Shown in pieces: positions 10,303 to 17,302 of a DNA stretch of 32,000 nt. The notes below the pieces were generated by a model, which was given only the letters and a program-made list of their open reading frames with translations, was not told the origin of the DNA and searched no databases. Location of the stretch: the NCBI RefSeq assembly GCF_006717045.1, contig NZ_VFPH01000001.1, positions 3,643,462 to 3,675,461 of the forward strand, written 5' to 3'. The first letter of the stretch is position 1. Each line of letters starts with the position of its first letter. A program made the position numbers and the translations under genes. This DNA comes from Pseudonocardia cypriaca. GTDB taxonomy: Bacteria > Actinomycetota > Actinomycetes > Mycobacteriales > Pseudonocardiaceae.

Positions 10303-10397
10303 TCCGCTGATCCGTCTGCAGCAGTCCGCCGAGGGCTCTGACGTCGCACTGCCCGACAGCCCACGCCCGTAGGAGTTTGCGCTGCCCAGGGACCGTT

Positions 10398-10416
10398 GCT
10401 GTCGCTGTCAGCTGTC
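10398..10416 (+). repeat. Three tandem GCTGTC(A/G) motifs, candidate integrase/Xis arm-type sites (P' arm)
   Basis: GCTGTC GCTGTCA GCTGTCA starts 96 nt inside attL. The same heptamer occurs twice, in the same orientation, between the int stop and attR (24903-24922). Confidence 0.45.
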
Positions 10417-10898
10417 AACCCCGACCTTCGGTGCTGCCTGTAAGCCGGACCATGGCTTGATCCTGGGCATTGGTCGCAGCACCGCCCTGACCAGCGACTA
10501 CGCCTTTCAGCAGTTGGCGGTGTTCACCAGCTTGTTGTGGGCTCCCGTGCCCCCCGTGTGCCCCGCGAGATGATCTATCTGGCGAAGCTGGCCTTGACTG
10601 CCAGGACGGCGAGCTAGGCGCAACTGCTGCTCTGCGGGCTGCGATGCCCGTTCGGACGGACGTGCGAGGTGGGCACTGTCTGCTCCCGTGCAGGACGTGT
10701 GGTCCCCGGCTCTGGTCCCCACCTTGTAAGGCCTCGACTGCGCGCCACACCCATGTCTAGCCGACGCGCCGACCGACTCCCCCTGCAGTTGGCTGTAGTA
10801 GTTGGTTGCAACGAACAGCATGCGGACCGCACGCGGTGTCTAGTGCTACTCCGGCATCGACGACGTAACGCTGGCGGCCGCACCGCGACGTCTTCACC

Positions 10899-12290
10899 GT
10901 GAACGAGTCTCGGCCGGAGAATGACACCTCAGTAGAGGATGGGTGCCCAACACCGACTGCACACAAGCGGCTACATGAAGGCCATCGCTGGTGGCACGGA
11001 TGTCTTTCCTCTTACGACAACCCGCAAGAGTTTCAAGTCAATTTGAATGCATGTTTGCAGGCTTTGCGCAATGTAACCTGGGTCCTACAGAAGGAACACG
11101 ACCTAGTTCCCGACTTTGTCACGTGGTACCCCGCGTGGCAGCAACAGATGAAGGACGATCCATTGATGAGGTGGCTCGTCAAATCTCGCAATCGTGTTGT
11201 CAAGTCTGGAGATCTAGACCTCCATTCGACTGCCCGTCTCCGCTTAGTGGAGAGCTATTACCACATGGCCGACGCGTTCGACGAGAGCATGCTGAGTCGG
11301 GATACCGAAGCTGAAACCGTTAAGATTGTTCCGCCAAGAACGATGCCGAGTGAGTATGCAACGTATCTATCAGGGCTTCCTGAAAGGGCACTCGCCAGCA
11401 AGCTCATACTTGCTGAACGGCGCTGGGTCGATAAGGCACTGTCGAATTATGAACTACTGGACGCGCTAGCGCATTGCTATGGCGTTCTAGCCAATCTTCT
11501 GGCCGATGCACATCAGCGAAAAGGGGGTGCAAGCGCAGGCACTGCACGCCTTCTGCACGAGGGTCGATTGCCTTGCATGGTTACAACGCTTGACGTTCGT
11601 ACGGCACATTACCGCGTCACTGATGGCTCTCTAGTTACTGTAATGGGCCGAGGAATTGCCGAGATAGGCAACTTTCGAAGCACGGCAGTCCGCCGATACA
11701 AGACTCAGCTACCGGAACTTATTGATGCGGCGCAGCCGCAGTCTGTAATCGATCTAGTCGACCCGATCTTTACGCAAGCGAAGAATGTCCTATCGAAAGA
11801 CAAGACCCACAGCCACATAACAATGCTCTACCGCGGCACAGAGCTCATCGATGTCAGGCAAACTCTATTTTCGGACCGGGCGGATAAATATGTATACGCC
11901 AGAGATCTCGCGAAGGCCGTACTGATGACCGGAGCAGACGGAGTCATTACGATCGGCGAGATCTGGCAATCAAAGGTCACTCTTGATGATCAAGGCGTCG
12001 TACTTCCACCGGCCGAGGTGCCCGACCGATTGGAAGCTCTTGAGGTTTATGCAGAAACCTCAGATGGATCTATCCGAGCTAAGTATGCATACTTCCGAAA
12101 GCGCTTCGGAAGGATTTCGTATTATGGAGAACAAGAGATAACTGAGTCGCTTGAGAACAATATGTACGCTCCAACTCGCGCTGTCTGGGGAAGCAGATCC
12201 AAGGAGCGCGAACAGGATGCAGCAGAGAAGTTCGTCGAGAATGTGCGAGAGGCAGCGGATTCCGACAATCTAACTGATCCAACGAATTAG
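10899..12290 (+). CDS. Hypothetical protein, 463 aa, AICE cargo, no recognisable family
   Basis: Long ORF in visibly A+T-richer DNA, where stop codons are frequent by chance, using A/T-ending codons. GTG is the only start codon before residue ~85 and no clear Shine-Dalgarno precedes it. No Walker, HTH or TM motif seen. Confidence 0.75.
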   Translation: MNESRPENDTSVEDGCPTPTAHKRLHEGHRWWHGCLSSYDNPQEFQVNLNACLQALRNVTWVLQKEHDLVPDFVTWYPAWQQQMKDDPLMRWLVKSRNRVVKSGDLDLHSTARLRLVESYYHMADAFDESMLSRDTEAETVKIVPPRTMPSEYATYLSGLPERALASKLILAERRWVDKALSNYELLDALAHCYGVLANLLADAHQRKGGASAGTARLLHEGRLPCMVTTLDVRTAHYRVTDGSLVTVMGRGIAEIGNFRSTAVRRYKTQLPELIDAAQPQSVIDLVDPIFTQAKNVLSKDKTHSHITMLYRGTELIDVRQTLFSDRADKYVYARDLAKAVLMTGADGVITIGEIWQSKVTLDDQGVVLPPAEVPDRLEALEVYAETSDGSIRAKYAYFRKRFGRISYYGEQEITESLENNMYAPTRAVWGSRSKEREQDAAEKFVENVREAADSDNLTDPTN

Positions 12291-12344
12291 TTCCAATGTG
12301 ACAGAGGTACCTATCATGCGTCGGCAAGGCAGTCCGCTCGGCTC

Positions 12345-12424
12345 ATCACCGCGATCCTGGCCGGGTCCTTTAGATGATCACGAACTGTCTGCCCAGGTAG
12401 GGGGGCTGACCAGGCATGATCGCT
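12345..12424. repeat. G+C-rich palindromic element, short copy
   Basis: 12345-12397 aligns with 13557-13608 at about 39 of 53 positions. The arm 12373-12394 pairs imperfectly (14 Watson-Crick plus 2 G-T pairs of 22 positions) with 12403-12424 across an 8-nt loop. Confidence 0.5.
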
Positions 12425-12616
12425 GCGTGTGATCCGCTGACCTGCGTGCGTATACGTTAGCGCTGGCTGTCGGCGTTGATCGGTCCGTGGGCGTCCCACG
12501 GGCCTGAGGACGGCTTGATCTTGGGCGCACCGGCGCCCCCAGCCCGAACTTGTGGCGATGCAGCTTCGCATAGACTCTCTCTACCTTTCGGGAAGCGATG
12601 GAGGCGGATTCCGGGC

Positions 12617-13522
12617 GTGACCCTCAATATTACAGTCGTGTCATCGTGGCTGATTGGGCAGACCTCTGATTTCAAGCTATTTCGGTCAAACGGCAACCGA
12701 AGAGATTATGACGATTCCAGCCAGAAGCAGGTTGTCATAAAGTATCCCTCTTGGGCCGGACTCCTTTGCTACACTGGAGTAGCGGAGCACGACAGTCATA
12801 AGACTGCGGAGTGGCTCATCGAGATGCTGACTCATGATGATGGTAGACATAGGACACCAAACGGTATTACGAAGATCCTCGCAAAAGAAGGTAGTAGTTG
12901 GCTTCGTTCAGTGCCTCGCAAGTATCGGTATCACACATTTACATTGACCTACTTCCAGAAGGGTGTACCGCATCTGCAGGTCATTTCCAACTTTCAGCGG
13001 GCAGCTGGACGAAACATCGACGAACCGCTAGATAGATTTATTGTTTCGCATTTTCGTCCCCGCGAGCCTAGGTGTATCGTTACCGGGACGGAAGTGTACC
13101 GCGTTAGCCCCTCCGTCACTAAACCGATAATGACAGCCGAGGAGCGAGCGCAACTCGAGAGGGCGATTACAGATACTTCGGATTTGCAGCGCTTCCGCAG
13201 AAGAATGGCCGAGGCGAGCAGGGGATGCGCTTCGCGCGCCCCACGGTATATTAGCCAGAACTGCGTATCATCCCACCTATTGCCGGACGGCTCTGGCGAA
13301 ATGCAGTTATTTGGAAATATGAATGAAAAGTACCTCCCTTCGCTTATAGTTGCCGGGCATGATCTGTCACCTTCTGTTCCTCTAGCGCTTGAGCAGTCGG
13401 GGTCTCAAGACCTCCCGCACCGACTAGTTGGCGCGACATGGACTGCTGACCGGACTGGAATGGCGGCAATGGTGTACGCCGTGCGGGAGCTGCGACGGCA
13501 GACGGGTACTGGGTGGGAGTAG
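12617..13522 (+). CDS. Hypothetical protein, ~301 aa, AICE cargo, no recognisable family
   Basis: The A+T-richer part of ORF 12476..13522. The upstream 47 codons lie in the G+C-rich intergenic island. GTG at 12617 (VTLNITVVSSW...) is the first plausible start; GTG at 12638 is an alternative. Confidence 0.7.
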   Translation: MTLNITVVSSWLIGQTSDFKLFRSNGNRRDYDDSSQKQVVIKYPSWAGLLCYTGVAEHDSHKTAEWLIEMLTHDDGRHRTPNGITKILAKEGSSWLRSVPRKYRYHTFTLTYFQKGVPHLQVISNFQRAAGRNIDEPLDRFIVSHFRPREPRCIVTGTEVYRVSPSVTKPIMTAEERAQLERAITDTSDLQRFRRRMAEASRGCASRAPRYISQNCVSSHLLPDGSGEMQLFGNMNEKYLPSLIVAGHDLSPSVPLALEQSGSQDLPHRLVGATWTADRTGMAAMVYAVRELRRQTGTGWE

Positions 13523-13556
13523 GGGCTCCCCCGGGTCTCATTCCAGTCTTCGCCCG

Positions 13557-13715
13557 ATCCCCGCGATCGTGGCCCGCTCTTCACATGATCACGAGGTGTC
13601 AACCCGGAACCCCCGATCCCGCGACCCGACCACGGACCGAACCGGCCTATGTCTTGCCAGCGCGGCCCACCGGCGGGATCGGGGCGCGCAGCGGGGTTGA
13701 CTCCTCGCGATCATG
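13557..13715. repeat. G+C-rich palindromic element, long copy (~130-nt extended hairpin)
   Basis: Outer arms 13584-13605 / 13694-13715 pair at 20 of 22 positions. Inner arms 13611-13622 (CCCCGATCCCGC) / 13673-13684 (GCGGGATCGGGG) are 12 bp perfect. The 5' part is homologous to 12345-12397. Confidence 0.6.
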
Positions 13716-13868
13716 GAAGACGATGTGCGGCCAGCGGGGATGGCCACTACTCGCCGTAGTCCAGCTTTCCCCCATCGCCGGCGCATGGCCGGCGGCCCAT
13801 AGGCGCACGGCCGCCCGTGAGCGGAGCGGCAAGGTAGCGGCCGCGCATGCCGTCCGGCGCAGTCCGGC

Positions 13869-13888
13869 CCGTCCCCGGCAGGGGACGG
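13869..13888. terminator. Short GC hairpin between convergent cargo genes
   Basis: CCGTCCCC-GGCA-GGGGACGG, an 8-bp stem with a 4-nt loop. No U/T tract on either strand, so terminator function is uncertain. Confidence 0.3.
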
Positions 13889-13930
13889 CTTGAAGACGTA
13901 TAGAAAGTTCTCACCACGCAACCGCAGTGA

Positions 13931-14464
13931 CTACGAGGCCCTCCCTGCTGCGCGCTTGTTGACGCGGACGAGGATGGACCGGGTTGGCTGCGAAGGCGTG
14001 AAGTCGTCGCCCTCCGTCGACGTCAGCAGGGAGTATTCGAGTTCGCCCGCTAGCGCGTCCAGTGGTTCAGTTGAGCTCATCGATATCACCGCAGTGCGGA
14101 ATTCGATGTGCGGAAGCAGGGCGATCAATGACGGGGTTATCCCGTGGGGAAGATTGCTGAGCATCACATCGCAGGTTAATGCCCCGTCCCGCAGTAGTGT
14201 CACACCGTCCGCGTTGAGCACGACCGCGTGAGGGACATTCTGCTTTAATGAATCGATTAGGCGTCCGTCGAACTCGACTAGCGTCAAGCTCGCCGAGCGT
14301 GGTAGTGCTTGGGCAATCGTACCGACTCCGGCACCAATTTCAACGACCTTGTCGCCGGGTCGAATGTCGGCTGCATCAATAATAAGCGCAAGCTTGTCGG
14401 GCGCAGTGAGAAAGTACTGACCCTTTGATGGATCAGCGAGTGCCATCAGGGCCTCTTGGTTCAT
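13931..14464 (-). CDS. Minimal Erm/KsgA-family (rRNA adenine dimethylase-like) SAM-dependent methyltransferase, 177 aa
   Basis: Contains GQYFL (family GQNFL), VVEIGAGVGTIAQAL (SAM motif I), LVEFD, SNLPHGITPSLI (family NLPYNIS) and a terminal DDFTPSQPTRSILVRV. These are collinear with the KsgA catalytic domain; no C-terminal domain is present. Confidence 0.75.
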   Translation of the reverse strand: MNQEALMALADPSKGQYFLTAPDKLALIIDAADIRPGDKVVEIGAGVGTIAQALPRSASLTLVEFDGRLIDSLKQNVPHAVVLNADGVTLLRDGALTCDVMLSNLPHGITPSLIALLPHIEFRTAVISMSSTEPLDALAGELEYSLLTSTEGDDFTPSQPTRSILVRVNKRAAGRAS

Positions 14465-14472
14465 GAGTGGAA

Positions 14473-15696
14473 TTATAGCGCGCTGTCGTCAAGTACGCGA
14501 CGTAGATGCTCGCCTTCATCGTGGATGATCCCGGGGATTCGATTTCCGTCTACTTCGGAGGCCGTGGACAATGCGTCGCGAATTATGCGCATTGAGCGGT
14601 TAGATGCGACCTGCAGAGTGAGTGGCCGAAGCTGTTTAATTGTTTCCGCAGCAGCATCCCATGATCGCGACAGCGTCTGAGCTTTGAGCAGATAGGCTCG
14701 ATGCAGATATTGGCTTCGCGTCTCGTGTGGAGGCGTCGCCTCTACGGAGAGTTCAAAGTGATCCAAGGCCTGACCGGTATCCCCGAGTGCTTGCCGGCAC
14801 ATTGCCTCGTGCCACTGAAGCTCGCGCTCGTCGATCCACCATGCCCAAGCGGGATCTGTGGCGCTGGTTCCGTCTTCGTACAGGGAACGAGCCTCTTTGA
14901 TGAGCTGCAGGGCCGATGCGTCGCCGCCCTGCGCCAGGGCACGCGCCTTGCGGATCAAGAAGAGCGCCCGCACGCGTGGAGTCAGATGATATGAACCGTC
15001 AAGAACCGAGTTCGCGATATCAAGAGCTTCGTGGGGGCGATTGAGGAACCCAGCATGCATGCTTGCATTCTGCAGAGTAAGAAGCTCGATGCTCGTATCG
15101 CCAGCCAGACGCGTAAAATATAGCGCTTCCTGATTCATGCGGCGAACAAGATCATGCTCGTCCGCATCATAAGCAAGCCATCCAGTGATCTCGGCGAGTT
15201 CACCGGCCGTGGCGATGAGGTCTTTGCGAATGCTGGGCTGATGCGCACCCGTGCCGATGCTTTCATGGAGAGAGCGAAAGAGGCGCCCGCCAAGACGTGT
15301 GAGTTCGGCGCCCCCGTGGCGGTTATCCAGAGACACCATTGCCTGCATTGAACTCTTGATGTCGGCCAGGTCATCATTGCCCAAGAACGTGGCCATTCGC
15401 AGTTCAAGTGGGCCGGAGCGGAGCGTGGCCGGGTCGCGATTTGGTGCAGTGCCGGCTGTCCTGTCCGGCTCGTTACGGTGCGGATCAGGACGTAGACCGA
15501 GTTCTACCTCGGAAGCAAGGTAGAGCTCCTTGTACGCGCGTTGGTAGACAGGGCTCGGGCGGGAGATGCCACGTTCGTGTCGACGGACCATCTCAGCTGT
15601 GATGCCGATCCGTTCGGCAACCTCCTCCTGGGTGCCATGCTGAAGCCGGTATTCACGCAGGTGGGGACTGAAGGGAACACGCTTCGGGCGGGCCAT
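14473..15696 (-). CDS. XRE-family HTH transcriptional regulator with a ~300-aa helical (TPR-like) C-terminal domain
   Basis: N-terminal LREYRLQHGTQEEVAERIGITAEMVRRHERG is a classic XRE HTH. The rest is repetitive and helix-prone. The gene is divergent from the Pra-like gene, and its stop lies 8 nt before the methyltransferase start. Confidence 0.8.
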   Translation of the reverse strand: MARPKRVPFSPHLREYRLQHGTQEEVAERIGITAEMVRRHERGISRPSPVYQRAYKELYLASEVELGLRPDPHRNEPDRTAGTAPNRDPATLRSGPLELRMATFLGNDDLADIKSSMQAMVSLDNRHGGAELTRLGGRLFRSLHESIGTGAHQPSIRKDLIATAGELAEITGWLAYDADEHDLVRRMNQEALYFTRLAGDTSIELLTLQNASMHAGFLNRPHEALDIANSVLDGSYHLTPRVRALFLIRKARALAQGGDASALQLIKEARSLYEDGTSATDPAWAWWIDERELQWHEAMCRQALGDTGQALDHFELSVEATPPHETRSQYLHRAYLLKAQTLSRSWDAAAETIKQLRPLTLQVASNRSMRIIRDALSTASEVDGNRIPGIIHDEGEHLRRVLDDSAL

Positions 15697-15698
15697 GT

Positions 15699-15812
15699 GG
15701 TCGCTCTCCGGTCGCTCCTGGGCGGGTGATCTGAGTGTAGCGGGGACAGTGGTTGCTGCGGGGGGTTTTGGTTGAGGTCGCGCGAGGGGTAACTATTGGG
15801 GTTTCGCGACCT
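15699..15812. promoter_or_regulatory. Candidate operator cluster in the divergent regulator/pra-like intergenic region
   Basis: GGTCGCTC at 15699-15706 and 15710-15717, and GGTCGCGC at 15776-15783. An inverted partner CGCGACCT at 15805-15812 forms an 8-bp inverted repeat (AGGTCGCG/CGCGACCT) with a 22-nt spacer. Confidence 0.35.
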
Positions 15813-15903
15813 GGGGCACGTGGTCCTCCGATGGTCTCCTTGTAGTGCGTCCCCGACCGGAGGCGCACAACCTGCAAGTTGATCCAAAGGGAGCACAGCA
15901 GTC

Positions 15904-16245
15904 ATGAAGCTCATCCTCGACACGTCCAACACGAAGTTCCAGCTCGGTGGCGAGTTCACGCCGCGTCTGGACAAGGACGGTAACCAGCGTCGGGACAAGA
16001 GTGGTGGTACGAACCTGCCCCTGTGGGCCGCGAACCTTGTGGCCTGGTCAGACGGGACTGTTGAGACGATTCTGGTGACCGTCGCCCTCGCTGAGGCTCC
16101 GAAGGTTTCCCAGGGTCAGTACGTGTCCGTTCAGGGTCTGCAGGCGATGCCGTGGGTGCAGAACGGAAACTCTCGGGTGGCGTTTCGTGCCGATTCCATC
16201 GTTCCGACCAGCAACGGGGCCGCTCCGGCTCCGAAGGCCAGCTGA
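15904..16245 (+). CDS. Pra-like protein (plasmid replication/integration/excision activator family)
   Basis: 113 aa with AAGGGAG as Shine-Dalgarno. The pattern RRDKSGG..LPLW..NLV....ILVTVA..AP......YVSVQGLQAMPWV..N.SRVAFRADSI resembles, from memory, the conserved small AICE activator family. Position upstream of the transfer genes fits. Confidence 0.45.
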   Translation: MKLILDTSNTKFQLGGEFTPRLDKDGNQRRDKSGGTNLPLWAANLVAWSDGTVETILVTVALAEAPKVSQGQYVSVQGLQAMPWVQNGNSRVAFRADSIVPTSNGAAPAPKAS

Positions 16246-16285
16246 CCATCTACCGGACCTCTGGTCCACGGAAGGTAGTAGTCGC

Positions 16286-16618
16286 ATGGCCGAGACCAAT
16301 GGCAAGCCGGCGACCATGCCGGAATCCGCTGAGCGGAAGGCCGACCAGTACCGGCCTGATGCCAGCACGCAGAAGGTGCATGACACGATCGCTCATTCGC
16401 TGAGTGATGTCGTGCTCGCCTCGGTTCGTGAAGCTGACAAGTTCGTGAGCTTGTTCGACTTCTACGACAAGAAGGTGACCCTCGGGGTCCGTTACGGGCA
16501 CCTGGTCGATGCGGCCGAGTGTCTGGAGATCGCCCTGACCCATCTGGGCCAGCTGAAGGCAGCGGTGTCCTACCGGCTGCTGATCGAGGACGAGCAGAAC
16601 GGCCCGATTCCGTTCTGA
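16286..16618 (+). CDS. Hypothetical AICE protein, 110 aa
   Basis: ATG at 16286 with GGAAGG upstream, inside ORF 16187..16618. No recognisable motif. Confidence 0.55.
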   Translation: MAETNGKPATMPESAERKADQYRPDASTQKVHDTIAHSLSDVVLASVREADKFVSLFDFYDKKVTLGVRYGHLVDAAECLEIALTHLGQLKAAVSYRLLIEDEQNGPIPF

Positions 16619-17302
16619 CAGATCGTCCTGCATGTAGGGCAGCGGTGGACACGGGACCGCCGGTTACCAGGCCGATGTGCGGCCCCGCGTCCACCTCTGT
16701 TCCCACTCACCACACCAACAAGGCTTTGAGAGTGAGGCATCCATCATGGCACGTACACGCTCGCGTGGCAGTGCACGACCGGGTCGTTCCGGCCGCACCA
16801 ACAAGGCACACGCCCTGACCCCTGCGATCGAGTTCTTCACCCAACCCGAACGGCACTTGGCCTGGCGGGTACTGGGGTTCCTCGTCCGCGCCCGCGCGGA
16901 AATCATCATCGCCACGACCCTGCTGGTCGTGTTCGTCCAACTCCAGGCCTGGCTCACGCCTACGCCTGAGGACACCGGCACGCCGCCGGAGGCGGCACCG
17001 GTCATGGTTGACGAGCCACCGTGGCTCGAACCCCCACACCTCGCACTACTGATCATGCTCGGGGGGTTCACGGTTCTGCTCGTGATCCCGGCATCCCGCC
17101 GGTTCCTGATTCGCCGGGTCTGGTGTGTCATCACCCGGCACCGGATGCGGTCCTGCTTTGTGCAGTCCCGCACGATGACCCTCGACGGCAGAATGCCGTT
17201 CCTGCTGTGGTCCCGGCCCTCCCCCGTGGGGGAACGAGTCCGAGTGTGGCTCCCGGCCGGCCTTTCCGTCAAGGACATCGAAGACGACGGTGAACGCCTC
17301 GC

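Noticed and set aside
8742-10418. 558-aa ORF read as one intact amidohydrolase
   Set aside because: Only residues up to ...GIGAAFLAP look like protein. The remaining ~230 residues are Arg/Pro-rich, while the true C-terminal domain is in another frame (8816..9349). The N-terminal 47 residues lie in the att region and AICE DNA.
11181-11210. HEPN-like Rx4-6H motif in the 463-aa orphan protein (KSRNRVVKSG)
   Set aside because: The position expected to be His is Lys, and I cannot verify the surrounding helical context without a profile search.
12598-12669. 23-codon upstream ORF (MEADSGRDPQYYSRVIVADWADL) overlapping the start of orf 12617-13522, possibly a leader peptide
   Set aside because: It has a weak ribosome-binding context, no attenuator structure that I could pair with it, and a frame that overlaps the likely true start. 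It is probably fortuitous.
13584-13715. Integron attC-like site: an imperfect palindrome whose arms contain TGTCAAC and GTTGACT
   Set aside because: The arms match the RYYYAAC / GTTRRRY consensus only at 5 of 7 and 6 of 7 positions. No IntI-type integrase or attI is present, and the only recombinase is the AICE Int. The cassette-boundary idea is kept as a finding, but the integron interpretation is not supported.
13747-13917. 56-codon minus-strand ORF directly downstream of the methyltransferase, inside G+C-rich island 2
   Set aside because: It has a GTG start without a Shine-Dalgarno, a Gly/Arg/Pro-rich translation, and lies in a stop-poor G+C-rich stretch that also forms the palindromic element.
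14473-15696. RNPP/arbitrium-like peptide-sensing receptor (HTH plus TPR) with a cognate signalling peptide gene
   Set aside because: The gene downstream is the methyltransferase, not a short secreted pro-peptide ORF. I found no small ORF with a signal sequence nearby. As far as I know, these systems have been characterised mainly in Firmicutes and their phages. Domain architecture alone is insufficient.
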